A DNA stretch of 39,601 bases, taken from NCBI GenBank assembly GCA_011045925.1, contig DSBS01000044.1, positions 1 to 39,601 of the forward strand, given 5' to 3'. Numbering within the stretch: the stretch's first letter is position 1; every line of letters starts with the position of its first letter. The notes below the pieces were generated by a model that was not told the origin of the DNA, ran no database searches, and worked only from the letters and a program-made list of their open reading frames with translations. Positions 8,227 through 16,042 of this stretch are shown one piece after another. The stretch comes from Candidatus Woesearchaeota archaeon (GTDB taxonomy: Archaea > Nanobdellota > Nanobdellia > Woesearchaeales > JASKKU01). Both the position numbers and the translations under genes were made by a program.

Positions 8227-9163
8227 TAGCAGAGTTTCTCATAAAAATCCAGCCGAGAATCCTGCTAAGCTTAATTGGATCATGCCTTAATATCTGTTTT
8301 TCGTTAATCAGGTCTGCCATAATGTATCGCGTGTCCTTTTTAACAGCCTTTAATGCATTCTTTTTCTCCAGCCTGTAGTTTTCAAGCAGATGCAAAGAAG
8401 GCTTTTTTGAGTTAATCAGGACTATATCCGGCTTAACAAATTTTTCTACTTCATCCAGAATCGCCTCAACAGTTTCATTTTCCATTTCTCCGGGCTCTGT
8501 CATAATATTAGATACAAGAATCTTTTTCGCCCTAGAGCTTTTTACTGAGGATGCAATTTCCGGCACAAGAAGGTTAGATATTAAGCTTGAGTAAAGGCTC
8601 CCCGGGCCAAGGATTAAAAAATCAGAGTCCCTGATTGCCCTTATTGCATCAGGGTTAGGAAAAATCTGGTCTACTTCTTCAATGAAGAATCTTTTCGCAC
8701 CTTGCTTTGAGCCTAAAAGAAAACTTCTTATCTCAGTTTCACCCTTAATGACCTTTCCATTGCCAAGCTCTGCACAAAGAGTTGTGCTGCTGTATGTAAC
8801 TGGAATTACTTTGTGCTCCTTTATTCCGAGAATGCTGTGGGCTTTTTCAAGAGCTTCATCAAAAGAGCCATAAATCTGGGCCAGGCCGGTAAGTATAAGG
8901 TTTCCAAGGCTGTGGTTGTCCAGCTTCTCGTCAAACCTATGCCCAAAAACCTTAGTCCATGCTTCTGTCTCCTCGGATAAAGCTACAAGACAGTTTCTAA
9001 CATCCCCTGGAGGCACAATTCCATACAAGGTCCTAAGAATTCCCGTGCTGCCCCCATTATCAGAAACATTTACAATTGCATTTATCCTTACATCAGGAAT
9101 TCTTTTCAACGCAAGAAGAAGATGAAATGAGCCCGTGCCTCCCCCGATAGAAGTTACAATCAT
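8210..9163 (-). CDS. YvcK/CofD-like (UPF0052, 2-phospho-L-lactate transferase fold) protein
   Basis: SIGGGTGSF..L..LK....INAIVNVSDNGGSTGILR...G..PPGDVRNCLVALSE. Confidence 0.85.
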   Translation of the reverse strand: MIVTSIGGGTGSFHLLLALKRIPDVRINAIVNVSDNGGSTGILRTLYGIVPPGDVRNCLVALSEETEAWTKVFGHRFDEKLDNHSLGNLILTGLAQIYGSFDEALEKAHSILGIKEHKVIPVTYSSTTLCAELGNGKVIKGETEIRSFLLGSKQGAKRFFIEEVDQIFPNPDAIRAIRDSDFLILGPGSLYSSLISNLLVPEIASSVKSSRAKKILVSNIMTEPGEMENETVEAILDEVEKFVKPDIVLINSKKPSLHLLENYRLEKKNALKAVKKDTRYIMADLINEKQILRHDPIKLSRILGWIFMRNSAIMKDS

Positions 9164-9282
9164 CCTAAAAAGTATGCAGAAATAATATTTAAAGCTTTTT
9201 GAAGGCAGCAGGTTGCCTGAAAAGTGTTTTTAAATTGCTCACAAAGATTTAAAAATACTGCTAAACTTTCCAGGGCAGGAAA

Positions 9283-10359
9283 ATGAAAAAGGTTGTCTTT
9301 TTGATTATTTTGGCACTCATGGCATATAATGCCTATGGTTACTCAATAAGGTTTGAGCTTAGAGATTACTCTACCTCTGAGCCAATCTTAGAGGGCTCTG
9401 TAGACATTGTTGCTTATCAGGATGATAAAAAGGAAACTTTCTCGTTTTTACTTAACAACTCAAGCCAGGTTGAGCTTAACCTTAGTAAAGCCGGTGCCTG
9501 GAATTTTGAGATTATGATTGACCAAGTTGGAACTCCGGGGAATGATTATTTTGTCAGGCATTATTCTGAGATTGAAGAGAGAATAACAAGCCAGAGAATC
9601 TTTTTATTCAGGGTTGGCTCAGTCAGGGGAAGAGTCGAAGACATAAACAAGAACCTGGTAAGTGATGCGCTTGTAAGGATTGAGTGCGAGGAAAACAGGT
9701 TCATCAAGATAAGCCTTAACACAGACTTTTTCGGTACATTTGAGGCTGAAAACATCCCGGCCGGAAGCTGTGTTGCCTACGCATCTTTCCAGGATGCAAT
9801 TGGAATTGAAGAGTTTAGCTTAACAAAGGGAGAAATAAAAAGCATCGTTGTAAAACTCGACAGAAAGGTTATGTCAACAAAGATTATGATAAGAAGATTC
9901 GCTATATGGGGATTAATCAGCCTGGGCGGCCTGAGCGTGCTGCTTTTTGTGATGATTCGGGCTAAAAAAAGCCATGCAGGAAAGAAAGCAAGTAAAGAAA
10001 GCCACGAAAAAGGCCAGAAAAAAACGGAAAATAACAACTTGGACAGAGGGCACACGCTTATTGAGATAGACCACAGCTTTGACGATGAGACCCATCCCGA
10101 CAATAATAAAAATGAGGAAAAGAAGATTGTACCATCAAAACTAAAGCAGGTAATGGAGACGCTAAAAGAGAATGAAAAGCAAGTTGTCCAGTACTTTATA
10201 AGCAACAACATGGAAGCTAAGCTTTCAAAGGTTCGATTTACTCTTAAAATACCCAAGACTACCTTTTTTAGGATAATCAAATCGCTTAAAGACAAGAAAA
10301 TACTTATTGAAGATTCTGAAAACCCTAGAAAAGCAAGAATAAGCAGGGATTTGCTTTGA
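9283..10359 (+). CDS. Membrane-tethered protein: signal peptide, carboxypeptidase-regulatory-like beta-sandwich, single TM, Lys-rich linker, C-terminal winged-helix DNA-binding domain
   Basis: Signal peptide MKKVVFLIILALMAYNAYG. GSVRGRVEDINKNLVSDALVRIE...GTFEAENIPAGSCVAYAS (CarboxypepD_reg-like). TM segment FAIWGLISLGGLSVLLFVMI. wHTH-like EKQVVQYFISN...LKIPKTTFFRIIKSLKDKKILIE. Confidence 0.6.
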   Translation: MKKVVFLIILALMAYNAYGYSIRFELRDYSTSEPILEGSVDIVAYQDDKKETFSFLLNNSSQVELNLSKAGAWNFEIMIDQVGTPGNDYFVRHYSEIEERITSQRIFLFRVGSVRGRVEDINKNLVSDALVRIECEENRFIKISLNTDFFGTFEAENIPAGSCVAYASFQDAIGIEEFSLTKGEIKSIVVKLDRKVMSTKIMIRRFAIWGLISLGGLSVLLFVMIRAKKSHAGKKASKESHEKGQKKTENNNLDRGHTLIEIDHSFDDETHPDNNKNEEKKIVPSKLKQVMETLKENEKQVVQYFISNNMEAKLSKVRFTLKIPKTTFFRIIKSLKDKKILIEDSENPRKARISRDLL

Positions 10360-10387
10360 TGAATTATTAAGGAACTTTTTCAACTCT

Positions 10388-11107
10388 TTGGAACAACCTA
10401 AAACGCTTAAAAATCTTTTGGGACAATTAAGAGAACATAAGAACGCACTGTTCCAGGAAAGGCTTATAAAGGTGGTAGCACATAATAGGATAAAACACAG
10501 ACGCGCAGAATTTGTGTTTTGTCTTTTTATTTTTCTTTTTTTTTTAATGCTTGTTTCAAGCCTTGCAATAATAGCAATAAACTGCTCTTTTGTCGAGGAT
10601 TCATATAGGCTTGCCAACCCTGGAATAAGCGAGAGGTTTGCTGAGGACATAACCTTGTTTCTAAGGGGAGAAAAAGAAAGAATCCATTACCTGGACCAGA
10701 AAGAAATAGAGCACCTATATGATGTAAGAGAGGTTATGAGAGTAATTATTCCTGTTGCATCGGTTATTCTTCTGCTTTCTTCTCTATCAATTGTCCTTCT
10801 TGTAGAGAAGGGTTTTTTAGGTAAGAAGGGCATAACCCAGGGGTTTTTAATTGCATGCCTATTGCTGGCAGTTTTTTTAGCTGCAGTGATGGTTTCCTTC
10901 ACCTGTTCTTTTGAGCTTTTCCATGTTATTCTTTTTCCTGAGGGAAATTATACATTTCCTTATTATTCTATGCTGATTATAAGTCTGCCCGAAAGCTTCT
11001 TTATAAATTTCTTTTTGGTGTCTGCAGGGCTTGCTGTGCTTGTAAATGCTTTCATTATGCTTCTGCTTCTGGAATTACATAAAAGAAAAAATAGCAAAAA
11101 CCCCTAG
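10388..11107 (+). CDS. Polytopic integral membrane protein, DUF1461/TIGR01906-like
   Basis: N-terminal TM, the loop motif EIEHLYDVREVM typical of DUF1461, then 3-4 C-terminal TMs. The track start is a TTG; the true start is uncertain (an in-frame GTG gives MVAHNRIKHRR). Confidence 0.5.
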   Translation: MEQPKTLKNLLGQLREHKNALFQERLIKVVAHNRIKHRRAEFVFCLFIFLFFLMLVSSLAIIAINCSFVEDSYRLANPGISERFAEDITLFLRGEKERIHYLDQKEIEHLYDVREVMRVIIPVASVILLLSSLSIVLLVEKGFLGKKGITQGFLIACLLLAVFLAAVMVSFTCSFELFHVILFPEGNYTFPYYSMLIISLPESFFINFFLVSAGLAVLVNAFIMLLLLELHKRKNSKNP

Positions 11108-12384
11108 CTTTGCTTAAGAAAGTCCTTTAGGTTTTTGAAAGAGGTATTTGGCCCTGGCTTCTCTGCGACATGCTGTTGCTTCTGTTGCGAAGAGGATAAA
11201 TAAGGCTTAATCATGGCTTTTCCATAAACCCCGTCATACCCTGGTGAAACCTGAATCTTTCCCTCCCTGTTCTGAATAATAACCTCTGCAAGCTCTTTTG
11301 CTACAACCCTGCACAAATCATCAAAAGGCGTGTTTAGGAGAACATTGAATTCATTTCCAAAAGCAGCTATTAAAGCATTATAAGTCTCCCAGGTTTTCTT
11401 TGAGCCAGGGGCAGTTCCGTTTAGTGCTGAGATAATTTCTGATAAAGGAATCAGGTGCCTGAAAGAGCCCGATTGCTTAGGCTCAGCCCTGTCTGCAAGA
11501 GTGTTTACCCTGCTTAGCACACCTATGGTCAGCGGCCTCCGGCACTTCGGGCAGAGTTTATTGAATTTTAGGGCTTCATTTGGCTCCAGGCTCACTTCGC
11601 AGTTCCTGTGTCCATCAAAATGGTACTTTCCATAAGCCGGGTCAACCTCTATTGTTCCCATGAAGCCTTCTTTTTCCCTTATTGAATTAATCAGGGATTT
11701 GTAGTCCATTTTTATGTCAAGAATGTTGGCTTCCCTTCCCAGCCGCCAGGGCCAGAAGCTATGAGAGTCTGAATTGGATACAAGGTTAAGCCTGTCTAAA
11801 GATGAAAGAAGCCTGTTCATTGCAGGATTTGAAGAAAGCCCTGTCTCTAGAGCATAAATTTTTTTGTGCTTATCACCGCAGCACTCTTCTAAGGAGTCAA
11901 AACCGCTTTTCGAGCCGAATATCCCAAACCACGGAGTCCATGCATGGGCCGGGATTACCTCATTTAAATTGTCTATCTCTTTTACCTTTTCTATAAATTC
12001 CGGAGCAGCAATCCCAAGGGTTGGCCTTCCGTCTGAAGCAAGAGAGCCATGCTTTGATAACGCCTCGTTTACCTGCAATGCTGTGTCTATATCTTTTGAG
12101 AGCAGGACAAAATGCACCTTCCTGGCTTTATTGTCCTGCGAATAAGCCAGGGAAACCTCTGACTGAAGCACAAAGCTAAAATCCTTTTCAGTCTTAAGAA
12201 AGCCTGTCCCATCCTCAGAAAGGCTCTGGCGAATTTCCCTAAGCCATTCAGGGTGTGTAAAATCCCCTGTTGCAAGAAGGCCCAGGCCTTTAACCCTCGC
12301 CCATTTCTCAAGATTTGGAATAGTAATAGCAGAAGAAGTAGCCCTTGAGAACCTTGAGTGTATGTGAAGATCTGCAAAGATCAT
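11104..12384 (-). CDS. Endonuclease Q-like PHP-domain nuclease (TIGR00375 family)
   Basis: ADLHIHSRFSRATS, GLLATGDFTHPEW, IPAHAWTPW, LETGLSS, SNSDSHS..P.RLGREAN, GKYHFDGHRNC, zinc finger CPKCRRPLTIGVLSRV, PGYDGVYGK. Confidence 0.75.
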   Translation of the reverse strand: MIFADLHIHSRFSRATSSAITIPNLEKWARVKGLGLLATGDFTHPEWLREIRQSLSEDGTGFLKTEKDFSFVLQSEVSLAYSQDNKARKVHFVLLSKDIDTALQVNEALSKHGSLASDGRPTLGIAAPEFIEKVKEIDNLNEVIPAHAWTPWFGIFGSKSGFDSLEECCGDKHKKIYALETGLSSNPAMNRLLSSLDRLNLVSNSDSHSFWPWRLGREANILDIKMDYKSLINSIREKEGFMGTIEVDPAYGKYHFDGHRNCEVSLEPNEALKFNKLCPKCRRPLTIGVLSRVNTLADRAEPKQSGSFRHLIPLSEIISALNGTAPGSKKTWETYNALIAAFGNEFNVLLNTPFDDLCRVVAKELAEVIIQNREGKIQVSPGYDGVYGKAMIKPYLSSSQQKQQHVAEKPGPNTSFKNLKDFLKQS

Positions 12385-13331
12385 ATATCATCATCTAGGT
12401 CTCTTTTCTTTCTTCTCTTGCCCTTTATTTTCTTAATCTCGTTCTCAAGGTTAAGCTCTTTTAGAAGCTCCTTATACCTGTTTCTGATTGTAACCTCAGT
12501 AACCCCGGCAACATCTGCAACCTCTCTTTGCGTCCTTTTCTCCCCATTAAGAAGGGCAGCTACATAAAGTGCGGCAGCAGCTATGCCGGTTGGGCCCCTG
12601 CCAGAAGTCAGCTCCTTTTTCTGTGCCAAGTCAAGCAAGTCAACAGACTTGGTTTGGGTTTCAGGCGAAAGCTTCAAAGAAGATGAAAACCTTGACAGGT
12701 AATCCATAGGGTTTGAGGGAAGAATCCTTATATTAAGCTCCCTGGTAATAAACCTGTAAGTCCTGCCAATCTCTTTTTTGTCAATCCCGCTTGCCTCGCT
12801 AAGCTCATCCAGCGTTCTCGGGATTTCATGCGCCCTGCAGGCTGCGTATAATGCGCCCGCAACTACAGACTCCATGCTCCTGCCTCTTACCAGGCCTCTT
12901 TGCACGGCTAATGTATAAATTCTGGCTGCTTCCTCCTGTACAGATTCCGGCAGGTTAAGGAAAGAGGTTATCCTCTTCAGCTCAGCAAGAGCCAGCTTAA
13001 GGTTTCTCTCTATAGCTGTGGTAATCCTCTTCTGCCATCTCCTGAGCCTGATAAACTTATTCTTGGACTTGCCCTCAAGCCTGCTTAAGTCTGCTGTAGA
13101 GCCAATTGCAGTGCCAAGCCCCTGGTCGTACTGTGAATAAGACATAGGGGCTCCGGTCCTCCTCTTTGACACATCATCAGAGTCCTCAAAATCCCTCCAG
13201 TCCTTGCCGTGGTCTATAAGCTTGTCCTCTATAACAAGCCCGCAGTCTTTGCAGATAATCTCTCCCTTGTCTTTATTGAAAAAAAGGTTTATGCTCCCGC
13301 ATTCAGGGCATCTTTTTATGAATTTGTTCAT
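12381..13331 (-). CDS. tfb: Transcription initiation factor IIB (TFB), 316 aa
   Basis: Zinc ribbon CPECGS..ICKDCG, B-reader region, two cyclin-fold repeats and a C-terminal HTH (VADVAGVTEVTIRNRYKEL). The start is trimmed to ATG 13331 because the track ORF extension runs through the TATA boxes. Confidence 0.93.
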   Translation of the reverse strand: MNKFIKRCPECGSINLFFNKDKGEIICKDCGLVIEDKLIDHGKDWRDFEDSDDVSKRRTGAPMSYSQYDQGLGTAIGSTADLSRLEGKSKNKFIRLRRWQKRITTAIERNLKLALAELKRITSFLNLPESVQEEAARIYTLAVQRGLVRGRSMESVVAGALYAACRAHEIPRTLDELSEASGIDKKEIGRTYRFITRELNIRILPSNPMDYLSRFSSSLKLSPETQTKSVDLLDLAQKKELTSGRGPTGIAAAALYVAALLNGEKRTQREVADVAGVTEVTIRNRYKELLKELNLENEIKKIKGKRRKKRDLDDDI

Positions 13332-13364
13332 TTTTATCACCAACGCGCTGGATAAATGAAAAGT

Positions 13365-13396
13365 TTTATAAATTGTAATTAAGCAAGATTTATAAA
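13365..13396. promoter_or_regulatory. Bidirectional promoter: two copies of the palindromic TATA box TTTATAAA (13365-13372 and 13389-13396)
   Basis: The first lies 33 nt upstream of the tfb ATG (minus strand). The second lies 24 nt upstream of the pilin-like gene ATG at 13421 (leaderless geometry). Confidence 0.55.
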
Positions 13397-13420
13397 CTTT
13401 TCCATACAAAGGGTATAAGA

Positions 13421-13969
13421 ATGAGAAAAAGCCAGTTTTCTATGGAAACCCTAATGGTCGCAGGATGGGTTTTTGTCGTGGTTATGGGCGTTTTTTCTGT
13501 TGCCGCTGCCTTCGGGGTTTTTGACCTTGAAAACTTTAAGCAGCCCTACTGCAAGATTTACAGTACATTTGATTGTGAGGACTTCGGCTTAGATCAGAAT
13601 AATAATCTGCAAATTGCCCTGAAAACAGACTCATTAGTCAATATATCTATCTTAAGGGTCAAGGTCGAAACAACAAGAGGCAGTGATTTAGATACCATCG
13701 GCCCCAATGAATATAGACCTCCAGATTGCAAAACAAAGGAGGGAGGGAGTTGTCAGACAAAAAAAGTAAGGAAGGGTTATCCTCGTCAAGAATACCCAAT
13801 CCTGGCCGCAGGAACTCCTATTCAGATAGAAGTACCAAACCCTTCAGGTAATAAAAGGTTTTCCGGGGATATTATTATTGAGTATGTGTTTGTTTCCGGC
13901 ACAGGAGATATTAATGCAAATGAAGTGGGTCGCATAAGAACCGCAAGAGGCCAGATACTGGTTTCGTGA
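13421..13969 (+). CDS. Type IV pilin-like protein with class III signal peptide
   Basis: MRKSQ/FSMETLMVAGWVFVVVMGVFSV N-terminus. Paralogous to the next gene through the shared C.IYS.F.C..F.LD.N..LQ motif. Confidence 0.65.
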   Translation: MRKSQFSMETLMVAGWVFVVVMGVFSVAAAFGVFDLENFKQPYCKIYSTFDCEDFGLDQNNNLQIALKTDSLVNISILRVKVETTRGSDLDTIGPNEYRPPDCKTKEGGSCQTKKVRKGYPRQEYPILAAGTPIQIEVPNPSGNKRFSGDIIIEYVFVSGTGDINANEVGRIRTARGQILVS

Positions 13970-14022
13970 AAACAAAAAAGATTAAATAGTTAAATGCAAA
14001 AAAGGATTAACAAAGAATCAGG

Positions 14023-14484
14023 ATGAAAAACCCAGCAAGAGCCCAGGCAGCCATGGAGTTTATGATTACCTATGGCTGGATCCTGTTTATCGGAGTTGCA
14101 ATCATTGCAGTAATTGCTACCTTTACCAACCTGGATGCACTTGCCTTTAGGGCGCAGAAATGCGAAATATACTCAAGCTTTAAATGCCTTTCATTTGCAT
14201 TAGATTCAAATGGAGAATTGCAGGTAATCGTAGGAAACAGCGCACAGGATGAGCTAACCATTACAAGCGCTAGCTTAATTTTAGATTCAGGGACTGTGAC
14301 AGCAGGTTCAGGTTCTATTCCTTCAACATCATTAAAAAGAGGCACTGGAGCAAATTCGCGCGGAACTATAACATTCAACAATGTAGGCAGGAAAGTTGAC
14401 GGCAAGATTGAGATAACTTACTATTTTGGGAATGCGGATGCTTCAACACATACAGCAGTTGGCTACATATATACAAGAAGATAA
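14023..14484 (+). CDS. Type IV pilin-like protein with class III signal peptide
   Basis: MKNPARAQ/AAMEFMITYGWILFIGVAIIAV is a textbook archaeal prepilin N-terminus (PF04021-like). Cys pair CEIYSSFKC. Confidence 0.75.
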   Translation: MKNPARAQAAMEFMITYGWILFIGVAIIAVIATFTNLDALAFRAQKCEIYSSFKCLSFALDSNGELQVIVGNSAQDELTITSASLILDSGTVTAGSGSIPSTSLKRGTGANSRGTITFNNVGRKVDGKIEITYYFGNADASTHTAVGYIYTRR

Positions 14485-14495
14485 AGCTCTTGTTC

Positions 14496-14502
14496 TTTTT
14501 TT
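14496..14502 (+). terminator. Oligo-T tract after the second pilin gene
   Basis: TAA at 14482-14484 is followed by agctcttgttcTTTTTTTctgg. Confidence 0.4.
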
Positions 14503-14515
14503 CTGGGAATGAAAG

Positions 14516-15220
14516 ATGGGAAGCAGGAAAGAAGCATTTAAGACCAGGGAGAATGTTTTCGACAGGTTTACAATAGCCAACATCATGAAAATCTGCCACC
14601 AGCTGGGCATTCCCGAAGACAAGCTAATGCCTATCTCTATCGGCAAGGAAGCTAACCTCTTCAAAGCCTCATCGCCAGAAAGGGATTATGCAATAAAAAT
14701 ATACCGCTTAGAAACATGCGACTTCAACAGGATGCAAGATTACCTTAAAGGAGATTACCGGTTTAAAAGCCTGAAAAACAAAAGGCAGGTTATATTCGCC
14801 TGGGCTAAAAGAGAATTCATTAACCTCAGGGCTGCAAGCTCTTCGGGAATTGCCTGCCCTCTGCCCTACTTAAGCAAATTCAACATAATAGTGATGCAGT
14901 TTATAGGAAAGGAATGGCCCAGCCCAAAGCTTAAGGATGCCCTGCTCAAAAGCAAGAAAGCCAAGCTTGAGATGCTGCAGAAAACCTGCCGGCAGGTAAA
15001 CATGCTGAAGAAGATAAACCTTGTACATGGCGACCTGTCTGAATACAATATATTGGTAAAAGAGCAGGAGCCCTGCCTGATTGACTTCTCACACTCTTCT
15101 CCTGCAGACTCTGCCCTTGGAAGGGAACTCTGCCAAAGAGACAGAGAAAATATAATGCGGTTCTTTAAAGGAATTGGGCTGGAAGAAGATAAAATACAAA
15201 AAGAAATATCGAAAGCCTGA
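14516..15220 (+). CDS. rio1: RIO-type serine/threonine protein kinase (Rio1-like, no N-terminal wHTH)
   Basis: ISIGKEANLFKA, YAIKIYR, REFINL, IVMQFIG, LVHGDLSEYNILV, IDFSHS. Confidence 0.88.
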   Translation: MGSRKEAFKTRENVFDRFTIANIMKICHQLGIPEDKLMPISIGKEANLFKASSPERDYAIKIYRLETCDFNRMQDYLKGDYRFKSLKNKRQVIFAWAKREFINLRAASSSGIACPLPYLSKFNIIVMQFIGKEWPSPKLKDALLKSKKAKLEMLQKTCRQVNMLKKINLVHGDLSEYNILVKEQEPCLIDFSHSSPADSALGRELCQRDRENIMRFFKGIGLEEDKIQKEISKA

Positions 15221-15226
15221 AGCCCA

Positions 15227-16042
15227 TCAGACCAGCGGAGCCTGCCCGCCGTACAAAGCCTTAAACTTGGAATTTGAAAACTCCAGCGTGTACATGTTAA
15301 GGTCGCAGTTTGTTGCCCTCATCTTGATTACCTGCAAAGACCTTATTACCTTCCTGTACTGCTCAGTCCTCTCAAGGTAGATAATGCCATCAGAAAGGTA
15401 ATCCTCAACCCCGTACTCGCTGTACCTTGACTTGTCCAGTGGCATTTCTGAAATCAGGAATGAAGTAACCTTCTGCTCCCTGAAAGACTCAAAAATATGG
15501 AAAAGCTCAGCCCTGGGGTTTTCAAACCTGCTAAGAATGTATAGCGCTGACAACGAATCCAGGGTAAATATGTCAAGCTTTGACTGCGTCTTAAACTTCC
15601 GGATAAGGTTTTTAATAACATTAATCCAGTCACCCTGCTCCCCAATCTTTGTATCCTTTACCTCTCTTCTCAGCGCTCCAAGGTCAACCACAACAAGATT
15701 GCCTTTTTTTGAAGAGTTAACCTCGCGGATTTTTTCATCAACCCTTGACACATCAGAGACAATAACAGTATTTATCTTAGACATGTCAAAATCCAAGTTT
15801 ACTGCATGGTTGACAAGAGACCAGAAAGACTGCTCCAAAGAGATGTAAAGGCAGGTTTTGCCCTCTAGCAAAGTGTTGTAAAACATCGTGCTGAATGCAA
15901 ACGAAGACTTCATAGAGCCTGATGTGCCTGCAAGCAGGATAACGCTCCCTTCAGGAATGCCCCCCTGCATAACCTCATCAAAGCCCTCAACATAAGTCTT
16001 AATTCTTGAGATTTCGTTTTTATTTATATTCGGCTGAGTCAT
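15227..16042 (-). CDS. KaiC-like RecA-superfamily ATPase (single domain) with non-canonical Walker A
   Basis: RIKTYVEGFDEVMQGGIPEGSVILLAGTSGSMKSS, YISLEQS, IFTLDSLSAL, DGIIYLE, LQVIKMRATN. The ATG overlaps the upstream stop (ATGA). AGGAGG lies 9 nt upstream (16052-16057). Confidence 0.85.
   Translation of the reverse strand: MTQPNINKNEISRIKTYVEGFDEVMQGGIPEGSVILLAGTSGSMKSSFAFSTMFYNTLLEGKTCLYISLEQSFWSLVNHAVNLDFDMSKINTVIVSDVSRVDEKIREVNSSKKGNLVVVDLGALRREVKDTKIGEQGDWINVIKNLIRKFKTQSKLDIFTLDSLSALYILSRFENPRAELFHIFESFREQKVTSFLISEMPLDKSRYSEYGVEDYLSDGIIYLERTEQYRKVIRSLQVIKMRATNCDLNMYTLEFSNSKFKALYGGQAPLV

Noticed and set aside
9777-10295. 172-aa minus-strand ORF antisense to the 9283-10359 gene
   Set aside because: Low-complexity, Ser/Leu/Phe-rich shadow of a Lys/Glu-rich coding strand. 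It has no start context or motifs, and the sense-strand gene has clear domain structure.
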